A stretch of DNA of 61,309 bases, filler included, from Dirinaria sp. TL-2023a (Eukaryota), in assembly GCA_051941275.1 (NCBI GenBank). It is 7 parts of 7 records of this genome, joined end to end, with 100 filler letters (N's around TTAATTAATTAA, not from the genome) between each part and the next. Parts side by side here need not be neighbours in the genome. Positions count along the whole stretch, not along the records: positions 17,589 to 26,259 come from JAVEBF010001151.1; positions 26,360 to 35,028 come from JAVEBF010001152.1; positions 35,129 to 43,797 come from JAVEBF010001153.1; 4 more parts are not named here. One strand, 5' to 3'. The notes beneath the pieces are model-generated. The model was not told the DNA's origin. It ran no database searches and saw nothing but the letters and a program-made list of their open reading frames with translations. This document shows positions 23,841 to 36,929 of this stretch, one piece after another (position 1 is the first letter of the stretch; every line of letters starts with the position of its first letter). The position numbers and the translations under genes were made by a program.

Positions 23841-24645
23841 AGAAAAAGCTGTGGCATCATAACAAGGCCTACGTGTTGCCCAGTCGGCTCAGAACAATAG
23901 CTGTCGATGCGGCTCAATTGCCAAATGGAGGCAGACTTCCAAGCATTAGCTTGTGTTTTATTCACATCAAGACACAACTGATTGGCTATTCCTGCGCCGC
24001 GACGCTATCCGGCCCGTCCGCAGACGATATGCGATGCAACCACATGTCAAGATTCTCTACATGCTCACCAACAAAATGTATCTAAGGTCTGCTCTATATC
24101 TTAGCGGAATCAACTGTTCATTGGCACCAGCGGGTGTCTGAGCACGACAAGAGCCCCATGCCGATAAGGTTCTGAGCCATCGCCTCAAGCAGCTGTTCGT
24201 TCATGGAGCTGGTAGGTAGTGGGAGCACTCAATCAAAGCGCCCACTTCTTCAGGTCCCTAACTGTTGACAATAATGTGTAAAAAGCATATGGTAAAACTT
24301 TGCTGCGCGCTTCAATCATAGCGAAGCATGTAGAAAACATCCTAAACAACCGGCGGGTACGGAGGATGCGGTAACTTTAGGTGCTGTCCGCCTTGGTTTA
24401 CATTATCGTCCTCTTTCAAATCGATGAGCTATGCTTATCTCCAAGTAACTTTTCTCTCTTGGCCCAAATCACTTTCGAAGCGCGGAATGCGCCAGCTCTA
24501 TTGCCATGCGCAATCGCTATCTCGAGTATGCGTTGATCCGACTTTGCGACTTCCATCTGGTGAACACATGCGAAATTAAAATCTACATTGAAATGCTGGG
24601 TCCTGCCCAACAACGAGCAAAGATCATCAGAGGCTTTAATTCAAC

Positions 24646-25514
24646 ATGCAACACTTCAATGACTCACTGGTAGGTGCTACAGGCCCCCAAGGGTACTGCG
24701 GTCGGTACTATGGCACATTTTCCAACGTTCGCGATTGCATCGGAGCAATCCAGAAGATGGATCAGGGGACGAATCCAATCAGATATACAGTCAACCAAGG
24801 TGAAGGTAGATACGCGTTGCCCTTCTTCCGAGAATCAGGTATGTAACCGATCCCCTCTACATCCTCGGAAAGCTCACAATCTGCAAAGGGAAATGCCTAG
24901 TGCAGATCGAAGCTGCCGGTCCAAACTTGCCCACGGAGATTGAATTTGCGCCGAGCACGTTTCGAACAATGGCCGACTGGGTCCTAGAGAATTGCCTTAA
25001 CAACAAAGGTGGAAGCCCCGGAGGATGGTACACCACCGATCTTCGCAACTTAAGACAATACATTACAAGGGAAGGTGTTGACCTAAAAAACCTCACTGAA
25101 TACCGTATGTTGTCGAACTTATATCTCTACCACCAATTCTAGTACACGCAGAGTCTAAATCCTTTTCAAGCAAAATCGACCGGCTTCCTCACCGTTACTC
25201 TCTCAAACCCGGTCCCGGAATGGCTTTCCCCGGGGAATTGGGACCAGGAAATCGCCTACTCCCTCAGCGAGACGGCGTTGTCAGCTTCGCGAAATGCACC
25301 CGAAGGTAGCGCTTTCCAAATCGACTTGGTCGCCCGCGCAAAACGGTTCCATAATCAAGGACTGAATATGGAGCCTCGAGGACTGAGAAGGTACTGGTGG
25401 GAAAACCCTCCGGACTGGATCTCTATTCTTACTCGACCCACTACGCCAAAGAACAACACGACCGGTTCGACATCTACAAGCGCCACTGCAAGAAGGAGAC
25501 GGAGGATGGCTTAA
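24646..25514 (+). CDS. Orphan, probably secreted Cys-containing protein (5' exon not resolved)
   Basis: Three exons splice in frame via introns 24839-24888 (GTATGT..AAG) and 25105-25170 (GTATGT..AAG): ..GYCGRYYG..DCIGAIQKM..LPFFRESG|KCLVQIE..MADWVLENCLNNKGGSPGGW..|PKSTGFLTVTLS..SPGNWD..RYWWE. No signal peptide is seen at 24646, so the true start is probably upstream. Confidence 0.7.
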
Positions 25515-26259
25515 AGTGTCTCTCTAACCTCTCTTCTAGCCCCTCCTCCGTTTGGTTCTATCTGGTCTCTACTGTACCTACACAACATCCCCGCCATTCC
25601 AACCACTGCGGGACTTGAAACCTTTCACATACATCCATATTACATATCCGCAAATTCCAATAACGTGGGCGCTTCTACCTTCAGCTCACAATTTTAGCCC
25701 GTGAGAGGGTTAGGGTACAATATATATACCTTACCTTACGTATTACGAACAAGAAATCTCAAAGCCATTTCACATCATACCAGGTGATCAAAGAACATTG
25801 ATTAGAAGACTACAATGTTCATACCTAATTAAATCGACTTGCCTTACCCCCTTATCCCCCCACACACTCTCTCTCTCCAACCTACCATAAAAAACCAAAA
25901 AGAAAAGAACGAAAGAAAAGAAAAAGTTTCCTCGAACAACATCCTTTCCTTGCCAAGTTCCCCATACCTACCGTACGTACCTACTCATACATTACCTTAA
26001 AGTAGCTCTGCTTGAATAATGAAATTTTCTGATTCAATTGATGTGGGATTTACATTGGGGCGAAGTGGGGAAAAGGTTTTATTGAATCTTCCTTCTAAGG
26101 TAAGTTACCTTACATTTAGTAATTTCGTAGAGGATATTTTTTTTTTACGGACCCCCTTCCTCGTTATCCCCACAACCCATCGCCAAGTACATAAGCAGAT
26201 CCATCCATCACATCAAACCAACCTCAACGCAAACCCACCACCCCGTTCCTCCTCCTCCC

Positions 26260-26359
26260 NNNNNNNNNNNNNNNNNNNNNNNNNNNNNNNNNNNNNNNNN
26301 NNNTTAATTAATTAANNNNNNNNNNNNNNNNNNNNNNNNNNNNNNNNNNNNNNNNNNNN
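26260..26359. other. Artificial contig spacer
   Basis: N44-TTAATTAATTAA-N44. Confidence 0.99.
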
Positions 26360-29234
26360 CCTAGGCTCTTAATTGCGCGACAACGTTACATCTAGCCCAT
26401 GCAGGCAGCAGGACTCTCCCATGCTCAAGATGCATATTCCTATCTCTAACGTATCTCGCTCTCGCGCTCTGCAATCGAGTTTATGCGGCTCCGGCAAAAC
26501 AAGTACAATGACATAGAGCTAGGTCGTCCGCACATGTGGAGAGAATGTGAGAAGATAGAGTTAAGTAGTGCGGAATATGGGAACAGTCCTCAGTAGAAAA
26601 AGGCATCGTAATTGCAGAAATTCGTTATTATGCATGTTACCTGTGTTGTCACAAGACACTGCTTGGCCTTTTGATTTCATTTGGATCGCGAAGTCGTTGG
26701 AAGCTGACCTCCTTTCCTTATAGTTGTCCCCTAAAATCTGCGGGGGAGGTTTGAAGGGTCTCGAGAATGCGACCCTGGGAAGTACGAAGACTCGCACTGT
26801 AGCTGCGTCTGGAATGCCATCCGCCAGTCCTGCAGCGAGAACGCCTATGGTGTACTCAAGGAGCGGAATCATCCAAAGCATCAGGTGAATGCGCCCTTAT
26901 GGCGCGATAAGTACCCCGATAGATGGTCGAAAACCTGAATCCACAGAAAAATTCAACGAAGCCGATGACTATAATGAGCAGGTAAATCAAGTGCCGTATT
27001 GTGTGGATCCGCGTTTTTATTAGGACAGAGACGCATATACCGCAGAACGATTGTGCGAGGCGATACTTTGGGGCTCTTGGTCCTAATTTAAGTTTCCCTT
27101 CTGCTAATTTTTGTCGTCTGCTATCTTTTGATACAATTCTGGAGGAGTTTTACTTACTGATTCTGTTTGTAGGCGACAGTAAGGGTAGAGGTGGCTCACT
27201 CACCCATACATACGTGACTTACAACTCCGCTACCCTACACTAGGTGAAGATTTACAATTGGGTAGTAGGGCGTTATGCGCATTATATCTTGAGTGTTCAA
27301 GGTTTGGCAATGCTGCCGTCTCCCATCTTGGCAGCGCTGTGGTTAAGGTAACCCCTATTGGTACACTATTCCAGCTAGTCTTATACTTGTTCATTCACAA
27401 CCCTATGAGATGTTCCTTCGTCCTTCGAGGATTAACAAACACGAGAAAACCTCAACCGAACCGGCATGGGCAATTCGACTTACATTTCATGTTTCGACGG
27501 GTGTTGGTCCCAAGCCCATTGCGATCAGCACCTCGAAACAAGCCAATTTTGATAACATGTCAACGAGCAACCATCATCGATTCTCCACACCGTCAATGCC
27601 GAATTAATCGCAATCAGATCATCCAAAGGGAGGATCAATCAATACGCCTATAGATCAAGCCAAGAAATCTTAATTCCAATACTTGCCAGAATATATCGGC
27701 AGCAAACTAAGGTACTCAGGTGAGAGGAGCGTAATTCTGATGGCGAAAGCAGTTTAAATTAATTTTTTGGTGTCTCAACGCTACATAAACATCTAAGAAG
27801 GCATCTTGGACAGTCGAATCAAACCTTCAACCAACCCATGACGTTGCGAAACTAACATCTATCAGACTCGAGAAGAATTAGCCTCTGATACAACAACATA
27901 TTTCCAGAAAAGATAATAAGTTCATTCGCATGCGAATTGGATTTCAGACTTTGCCTTTCGAATCATGCTCAACCAGCGCGTCCAAGCAAGCAAGTAGAGA
28001 TTGCAAAGAGTGTAGATTTTCCACGCGGCTGAGCCGTTGTCGGATTACCAGAACGGTTTCTTCTCTTCATGTAATAGCCTCCAACCAAAGAAGGAAAATA
28101 AGGTCTATAGTGACATACTTACTTTCCATGCTGAAAGAAGAGTCTTGCAAGTTTGTAGGAATAGATGTCCCGATACTTCTTAGGTCGGCACCGCATCATG
28201 GGAAAAAGCTCACACAGTGGCCCCTCGTGGTGACGGTTTTACAAAGCGGGCAAAATTTGATAATCTGGACCTTCTCCATCGGAATTGTCATGCCAGTAGG
28301 AGAGTTTTGGTGGCTGGCCGACAAGGGATTTGAGTTGGCGGTCGTGTGGTTGGAAGAAAAGAGCAGAAGGGAAGGATCGGAGGATGGCAACGCCAAGAAA
28401 AACGCGAATCTGCCATCGAGCCATCCCCACATTGGGCCTCGGGTGTGCGCCGCCTGAAACGGTGGCTCTCCTCTCTGGTCGTTAGCCACCTACCTTACAT
28501 GTACCTAGCCACCCCCACCACCGCATAATCCGTACTGTACTTTGTCTTACTGTGCTTTCATGTGGTCAATATCATGATCACTTCTACATCACCACCTACC
28601 TCACCGCCGCCACTTATCTCGTCTCAGGTCATCTGGCCGGTGATGTAGATGATGACCTATCGGATCCACGATATCGATAGCGCTATTGACACCATTGGCC
28701 GATCTCTCTCTCGAACACATTCTGTAGCATTTTTGGGCGTGTCCACGACCAAGGAGCTCTACCTGCGTACTTGAGTTGTGGCTTGAGCTTCATCCACAAG
28801 ATTTGAAGTCTTCTATAAATCTGTCTACCGAAGATGCTTCGGCTGTTTTCCTTGGCCTGTTTCACGCTGTCGTCATTGCTCACCGGCATCACAGAATTGA
28901 CAACTGAATTGTTCAGCGCTTGCAGCTACCTGGATTATCCGCGACTCATGGTAAGGTAAGATTTTATCTCTTCTTGAAATGGTACAAAATCTAGCGCATT
29001 CCTTCAGATCCTCGTTGTATTTTATTTTACTCTAAAGTAGCGCATCTGGGGGGGGCAGTCCAAAGGATTCAAAGGATTCGGTGGTGGGGGCCCTGTCGGT
29101 TTAGTGTCTTGACCTAAAGTTTCGCCTTATCTGCTACTACTATTTCTACTTCTGCTTCTCAGCGGGTGCGACAATGTCGCACAGACTTCAGCTACTTTCT
29201 TCACTCTTCCGTCCTCTATATTCTTCCCCTAGAC

Positions 29235-30889
29235 ATGCCCTCAAGTTTTTCAGAGAAAAAGGCTTCGGTTGAGCTCGAGACCATTCAGATACATGAAGGG
29301 ACTGAGGCGCTTGAAGGCTATGTCCTTGACCCAAGTCGCTACACAGGTGATGTTTCGGCATTGAAGATCAGCCCGGACGGCTTCATCCTGATACCACAAC
29401 CGCTCGACACCGGTGATGATCCCCTCAATTGGAGTCCGCGGAAGAAATGGCTCACCGTGGCGATTATCGCCTACATTGCCGCGCTGGCCGACTACACGGG
29501 TGGCACGGCCATCATTACAGTCATTCCACAGTCAATGTATGTGATCCGAAGCCAGTCCTCAAGATCAAGAGGGGACTAATTAACATCTTATTACAGCGAG
29601 TGGCATTTGACGCAGGCCGCCGCACAACGCGCCGTAGTCGGCAATTTGTTCACCATTGGAGCGTGTGGGCTATTTGTAGTTGCTCTTTCCAGCTTCTTTG
29701 GGCGCTTGCCTGTCGTTTTCCTCTTTCAGAGCGTCATGGTAGGCACGTGCGTCTGGTCTGCAGCGGCCACCAGTTTCGATTCCTACCTCGCTGCTCGCAT
29801 CATCAATGGCTTCTTTTGCAGCGTGGGGCAAGGAGGAGCTCTGATGTGGGTCAAGGATCTGTTCTTCTTCCACGAGCATCCACGAGTCATCAACTACATT
29901 GAATTTTCGATCATCTTGAGTCCGTATTTGGGACCGCTCATCACCTCTTTCATCGTGTCCGGGACTACCTGGCGATGGAGTTTCTGGGTCTGTACCATCC
30001 TGGCCTGCATCGCCTGGTTACTCGTTTTCCTCCTGGATGAGACACTCTTTGACCGAAATGCTCCTACAGTCCCTCGGGGATCTTATTTCAGCCGGCTTCT
30101 GGGTATTCAGCAAGCAAAGAGTTGGAGGCAGAGAAGCTTACTCCGAAGTCTCAGTCGTCCGTTGATCACCATCACCAAACTTCCCGTTTTAATCATTCTT
30201 GTCTACTACTTTCTCAATTTCGCATGGGTCATTGGTGTCAACACGACCGTCGCCATCTGGCTCACCAACCTCTACGGTTTCTCCCCACGAGACTTGGGTA
30301 AGCAGATCCGCCCTAAAACTTTTTGTCCCCCAACACAAGTTAAGACCCACCAGGTTACTTCTACTTCTTCGGCGTCGTCGGAGTCTTGTCTGGATGGCTG
30401 GCTGGGCACTTCCTTCACGACGCGGTAGGCCGCTTCTATATGAGGCGCCATGTGGGTCGTCTCGACCCGGAAGCCCGCTTGATCATCACCTACCCAGCTA
30501 CTCTCATCCTGTGCTTGAGTCTGATCATTCTCGGCTTCTCGCTCCAGCACCAATGGCACTACATGGTGCTTGCTGTGTTCGCGGCGATGCAGTGCTTCGG
30601 AGTCATGATAGTCACAACGGCAATCAACGCGTATCTGCTCGACTGCTACCCAGAAGGCTCAGGCGAGGTCAGCGCATGGATTACCGCCAGCCGTAACTGG
30701 GCTGGCTTCATGGCGACCTACATCCAGATTGAGTGGGTCACGCAGCTCGGCCCAGCGAAAGTCTTGGGCATCCAGGCTGCCATTACATTCGCCTCCGTTT
30801 TCTTGATATTATTCCTGCAATTCTACGGGAAACGGATGAGACGATGGCAAGGCCGGATGTCGTTTGGGGCAATGAAACGGTCTTCATAA
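29235..30889 (+). CDS. MFS transporter (DHA1/HOL1-like), 3 exons
   Basis: ILIPQP..DDPLNWSPRKK N-terminal motif, FFGRLPV, YLAARIING, DLFFFHEH, SPYLGP..WRWSFW, DPEARL, AYLLDCYP. Introns at ~29537-29596 and ~30298-30353. Confidence 0.92.
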
Positions 30890-31300
30890 GAGGGCTGTCC
30901 TACAGCCAACAAATCCGCACGAGCGCGGCTTATTGGATACTCTCCTGAAATTATGCTCTTTCTGAATGCGCGAACCTATAAGTTCCGTTTATGTGCCCGC
31001 GATGCTTCAACCGCGCAAAGCCCTTCCGAATGCTAAGTGTTGCTTCTGATGACTAATCGAATTGTTATGTCCTTATCATTGAAGCATTTGATAATACTGT
31101 GTCTGAAATAGCTTTGGGCAAGAATCAGACTAACGTAGGCAGGCTCTGTGCATACGAAAAAAACATAGTGCTGTAAATTCAGGCAACCATAGCTAAAGAG
31201 CTTCAATATCATCTTGTCGGCCAATGCCTTGTAAGCGGGTCTACGGAAAATATTTCCTCCACAACGAGAGGCAGAAGTATTCTCCAGGGGAAAGTGGTCC

Positions 31301-32827
31301 CTATTTTGGCTGTGATTTCTTTAGCTCGATAACGGACTCCTTGCCCCTATCCGCTGGCCAGATTTTTACAATCTCAAGCCCGACGGATTCGCAGAGCATC
31401 TCCCAATGCTGCTCTGTGCGCTCGATACCAGACGTGTGCAGCCACATGAGAATGTCCATCTCCGCTTCGCGAAGACTTACGTCGATGTCGGCGAGAACGT
31501 AGTCATCAATGAGGAGTGACGAGTACTCCGGATCCATGGCTTCGACCACCCGCGACAGTATCTTGACGCTTTGGGCATCCGACCAGTTGTGCAAAACATC
31601 GCGAAGGAAGTACGCACGAGCGCCTAGCATAACATCTTATCAGCTGCCACGGCCAGAATTATCGACAGCATTTACGAGGGGGCTTCTTTTCTTCCTACCT
31701 TTCAGCGGCTGGGGCGTGAAGAAGTCGTACTCCATCGCCTCAACACCGTCGGGCAGTTTGTCAATCCGCCGCAGCGTGAGCGGAAGATCTTGCAAAACAC
31801 AGCGGCCTGGGATATCCGGACTACTTTGCTTGAAGCGTTCGAGCTCCTGGCCAGGCCCACCTCCAATATCAACCAGAAGTGTGGCATCGGCGTCTTTGCG
31901 GGCATTCGCGAGTTTTGTGGCGGCCGGGTAGATATCGAACCATTGCGGCGCGTCGACTAATCGTCGCGATCTCATGTAGTCGTCGAACGCTTGCTTCTGC
32001 TCCGAGTTCTTCTCCAGGAGGCCGAATATAGATTTGGTGCCGTGTGCAAATTCGAACAAAGTTACTTCACCGGGTTTGTCTGCGAATTGATGTATGCCGG
32101 GGCCTCGCATGTAATCTACCAGTCGAGCACCCTAAAAAAATCAGTATTGGATTAATCAACGTCATCAAAGATTTCCTGCAGGAAAGAATACATTCACGAA
32201 ATCGAGATCAAAACTGCAAGATTGTCAGCCCTTCCATTTGGGGGTTCACAGCTTCCTTCGATGCAAGGAAAGGACGAAGGCTATCGTACTGATGTTTCTC
32301 CGCCCCGATCGAGCCAGGTTTGATTTTGAAATGAGTTCTTTCATTGGCTAAATAAGTCTGGTACCCGGCTTCTTCGCAAAGGCCAATAGAAGTAAGAACA
32401 CGCATGATTCGAGCTGTTTCATAATAGATCGTTCAGTATGCGTCAATTCTGCTTGGATCAACTTACCAATAAAGACCTTATCTGTGCTCGTTGTCGCAGA
32501 CAATTGCGCTGCGGTGACAGGTTCTCCATCATTTGCAGCGATTGCATGCAGCCAGCCTTTCTCAACGGCGACTCGAATGCAGATGTTTTGAAGGGGCTAC
32601 GGGTTGAGGTACCTTCATTCGACTTCAAATTCACATGGCAAATGTAGACAGTATTGCATTGTGCGCACCTGGAAATCCAATCTTGACGTTGTCTCGATAG
32701 GCGTCTCGGCAGCCAATAACAGATCACCAATACCCTTCAACAGCTCGCTATGGGCCTTTGGATTGCCTGCTGCATCTGCTACAGCCAACCCCTCTAGCTT
32801 TCGGAGCTTATCGATGACTCCAGTCAT
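31301..32827 (-). CDS. SAM-dependent O-methyltransferase (family 2, secondary-metabolism type), multi-exon
   Basis: N-terminal AAETPIET and RIMRVLTSIG dimerisation helix, LLVDIGGGPG SAM-binding motif, VLQDLP, YDFFTPQP, GARAYFLRDVLHNWSD, GIERTEQHW. Confidence 0.93.
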
Positions 32828-35028
32828 GGTCTTGCAATTTGATCGGCCTGCGGCATGGACAGAGCAGTATAAATATATAAATATTAATTCCAGGTTTTCT
32901 CAATTTGTCAGAAAATGGCAGATGCTCCTAAGAAAAGACGATCTGACGGATTTACGAAGCATTCATTCTTGGCGCGGGTAGCCTCGAATTTGTGTGAAGC
33001 GGCACAGCTACATTAAATCCATACTTTAGTATGCTAGCATTGTGTAACGTATTCGTACGGTTCCGATTTTAGGGCCCTTCAAGCGGTAATAAACTTTGGA
33101 TCCTCGGCTCGACAATCACGCTACTAAGACTTATGTCAGTCCCAGATTACTAATAGTGAATCTTTGCTTCTTTGATGAAACGACGAGTCGGAGAGAAGTG
33201 TCAAATCAAATCTTCTAAAGGCTATTGCAAGGATTCGTACATATGATAACGCAGTGCAGAGACTCATATTGAATGTAACTCTGAGCTGATTGAAGTATCT
33301 ACGTTAGTTCAAGACTAAATCCTTCAGGGATTTAAGCTAACTCAGTGCTAATGCAGACGCAGAACCTCGACAGATCCAAGGATTCGAGCTTTCCGGAGCT
33401 AAGTCTGAGCTGAGTAATAGCGGAAATAATGTAGCTCCTAGAGCGGGACGATTTCCGCTGGCCTCGAATAGGGTAAGATGTGACTTACAGTAAGGGGATG
33501 CAACATTCTTCTTTTGATGAAAGCACAGAAAGGCAGGCCTCGCGAGGATTTGTAAGCCGGTTTTGATGTAGATGTGAACCACGGGAGTACCAAGAAAATT
33601 AACAATTCTACACAGGTATCGTATGATAATTGCTCTTTTTCTTGTGGGAGTCAAGAACTTACAGCTTACGAATGCGGTATCAGCTATTTCACCGCTAATT
33701 TATCCCCTGATGCCATTGACTCCTTACCGAAAGTCAAAGTTGATTCGTTGTGGGAGGCTGGCTGCTGCAATCCATACATCAGACGAATGCCGTCATTCTG
33801 GAAATATCTCCATTCATTACGATTTATCATCATGTTGACAGCTTCCGAACTAGTGATCCATGATGGTTCAATTTCATAATCATTCCCGTCTTTCGAATGA
33901 TGTTGCCAGCAGCGTTTCTGATTCATGAAGTCACTTAAGTTCAACCCTTGCTGAGAGTTAGTGATAGGTAATCCCAAGGTGGTTTTTAAACGCTGAGCTT
34001 AATTTTCAAACGAAGCTGGAGCTCATTTGAAGTCCTTAGAGCTTGCTCAGCATCAATCACGTGTGACGACGAGCACAGGAAGTCGTGGGCTCGCAGGCAA
34101 CGGCAGCTCCTATTGGCATCTTCAGCACTGAAATTCTTTGGGCCAGAGTCTCCAGTAGTAATACTTGATGGGACATCAACAGGACTCACGGCGAGACAGT
34201 TACATCCACGAAAATCCACGACAAACCTTGTGTCTGATTCAATCCTACTACAGAGTAAGCACAGCACCAAATCCAGTACCATCCTTCGATTCGTCAGCCT
34301 AACATGCCGTATTCGCGAACAGGATTTATGCATACAATCGAGCCGCCATGAATACCAGAATAACGCCGAATCCCTTTTCTAAAATATGTAAGGTCCTGAA
34401 ACGGTGGAAACGGGAAGAACCAGAACATGGAAATTGAAAGCACAGTCAAATGCTGAAAAAGGGAATGATATCGCCTCTCGGGGCTATGTCTGTCTCACAT
34501 CAGCTTTCGTGTTACCTCAGCGTAGCGACTATAAGCGTGGTCTTCGTCATATAATCATATGCCCGATGATCGAACAGATATTGAGCTAATGCATAAGGCC
34601 GAATATCGTTCTACAAATGTCGAAAAAGTTAATACTGACCAGAAGCATACTGACGGATGTTAATATAACATCTATATAGGTATATGTCGGACAGAAAAAC
34701 CAACAAATATACAGCAATAATCATTCACCAAGAGAGGTTCCTCTTTTGGTGCAATGTGCAAGGTTTCTGCTGTCTTACAGTATATTACACTATATACCAC
34801 ACAGACATGCACAAGATTATGAGTAGAACAGAAGCCGCACCTCACGATCAAATGAAAATTTTCGCGCACAAACTCTCACATATGATTCTCATAATTTCCT
34901 TTCTTCGATACCGCATCTTGTACATCAGGAGAATCAGTCCTTAAGGACTATCTCAAAGATATACCTCCCAGCGAAGCTTTATAAAGCCGACACCACCAAC
35001 CTATGCGAGTAAGGACTGTATACTTAGC

Positions 35029-35128
35029 NNNNNNNNNNNNNNNNNNNNNNNNNNNNNNNNNNNNNNNNNNNNTTAATTAATTAANNNNNNNNNNNNNNNN
35101 NNNNNNNNNNNNNNNNNNNNNNNNNNNN
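35029..35128. other. Artificial contig spacer
   Basis: N44-TTAATTAATTAA-N44. Confidence 0.99.
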
Positions 35129-35399
35129 CTCTAATCCACTTCTCCTTCTCCAATAACTCGAACAAATTGACCGAGATCAAATATGATCTAAAAGTGTTAT
35201 GAATTTCTTCGTCTTTGCTACAGTGTGTTGCAGAGGACATATTCAATAGAGTTCCAGTCTCAATCCTAAACCTTCCATCGGACTAATTCTGAATACTTCT
35301 ACTGCACAGTTTTAGGGCCGGCATAGAGAAAGCAACTCATATGGGTACAAACCAACTAGTACTGTCATAGTGCCAAGCTGCTCCTTTCCTCGTCTTTCG

Positions 35400-36200
35400 T
35401 CTTGTAGACAAATTCTATTATACCTTGATAGTCGATCCAGATACCTCCTGTTCAGATGGTCCTAGCCTCAGTCTTCGACAACTACACGGTTCTTTGCTCA
35501 GCAATACTTCAGCAAGCCAAGCAAAAATAATTTGAATTGCAACTTTACTAATACGGGAAATATGTGCAAAAAGATCTACCATTGTAACTTCCGCTCATCC
35601 AGAGTTGTGTCTTAATACAACCCAAGGAACGATCACCCTCAAGAAGTTCTGGAAAGCATAGTGATAAAGGAAATCTGCTGTCGTCTCAATCCAGAAAAAC
35701 CAGTAAGTAGCTGCATCCTTAAGCAATCGAAATTCATGTAGGAGCATTTCTCTTTCCTGCCAGGGACGTCCAAAATCTGCTAAAGAAAGATCTTTCAAAG
35801 AGGCATGTGCTAACACCAAGCGCGGTTCAAGATCTCTAGAGTCTTCGAGGGAATTGTTAGACCGAAATTAGTCTTTAACAGACTAACGTATACAGTACAT
35901 CTTATCTAGAGCAATATTCAATAGCGTACCGAAAGCATAATAGAATTCAGTCGTTTCTTCGTGCAACATCGTTTCGAAGATTGTCATGACGTGTAGAAGA
36001 TACGTGAAAAAACGATTGCTGTCTTTTTCGTACTCTTAAAGACGAATTCGAAATGGATGTCGCCGATGCTCACAGAGCTGAGCAAGGAGTGCTTGGAGTA
36101 AGCACAAAAAGTTATTCTCCATCTGTAGAGACCCTGCTCTGGGGAAATTTCGTAGCAATTACTTAGAGTTCTCATCATTCATTAAGGTTTGAAGCCCTCA
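35400..36200 (-). pseudogene. Probable decayed gene of unknown family
   Basis: A protein-like frame (..FFTYLLHVMTIFETMLHEETTEFYYAFGTLLNIALDK..LVLAHASLKDLSLADFGRPWQEREMLLHEFRLL..) interrupted by stops in an AT-enriched region. Boundaries approximate. Confidence 0.35.
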
Positions 36201-36929
36201 TCAAGACTCCACTGCAGCAACGACCAAGCTGTCACGAAAGTACTAAACTATCCTTTAGTCATATCTCTGCAGAATTGATTCTCGTTCTTTGCTGCGTTCC
36301 AAGTCTGTGGAACGGGTTTTTGGTCCAACCAGCGAGATAGATTTCATTTTTAAATCTGTTGGTCCCATCGAGACCTTGCGCATCATGATCCAGTGCTAAT
36401 TGCAAATCACATTGTCATGCGCCGAGTAAATTTCAATACTAGTGAGTTCTGCGACCTGTCAACACAGTGAAGTAATCGCTCACTTTCATTCACATCTTCC
36501 GCATTCACTTGACTGTGCAATGCCTCGCCCTTTTCGCTCCTTCTGTCGACTCTTCCTGCGATCATGGACTCGAACTCAATTGCTAGGATCGGCGAGCATT
36601 CGAAGACTCGATTTCTTTATCTCGAAGCTCTCGATTCGATTCCGATCTCACACTCCAAGTCAATCAGCGTGTCAGATTCAGCCACAAGATGCCTGCAGCT
36701 TGTCTCCTAAGATTCCTCTTGAGCGTAAGATAGCCCCTCACTACAGATAAAATAGGTGGATACATCATATATTGACAGCTTACGAGACAGACTCGCCACC
36801 TTGACCATCCTTCAAGGCAGTTTCGTCCCGATTTGGTGATCTCGAAGGCCGCTCCTTGGCTGTAGCAACTTCGAGAGTGTCTCCAGCAAAGCCAGCATTA
36901 AAATCCAGCTGGCAAAATACCACTGCAAA

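Noticed and set aside
26360..29100. ORFs including 27930-28457 (175 aa) and a CPLC-containing minus-strand frame
   Set aside because: No recognisable domain and I could not build a gene model.
33000..35028. Short ORFs upstream of the O-methyltransferase
   Set aside because: AT-enriched and fragmented with no identifiable family; possibly decayed but unsupported.
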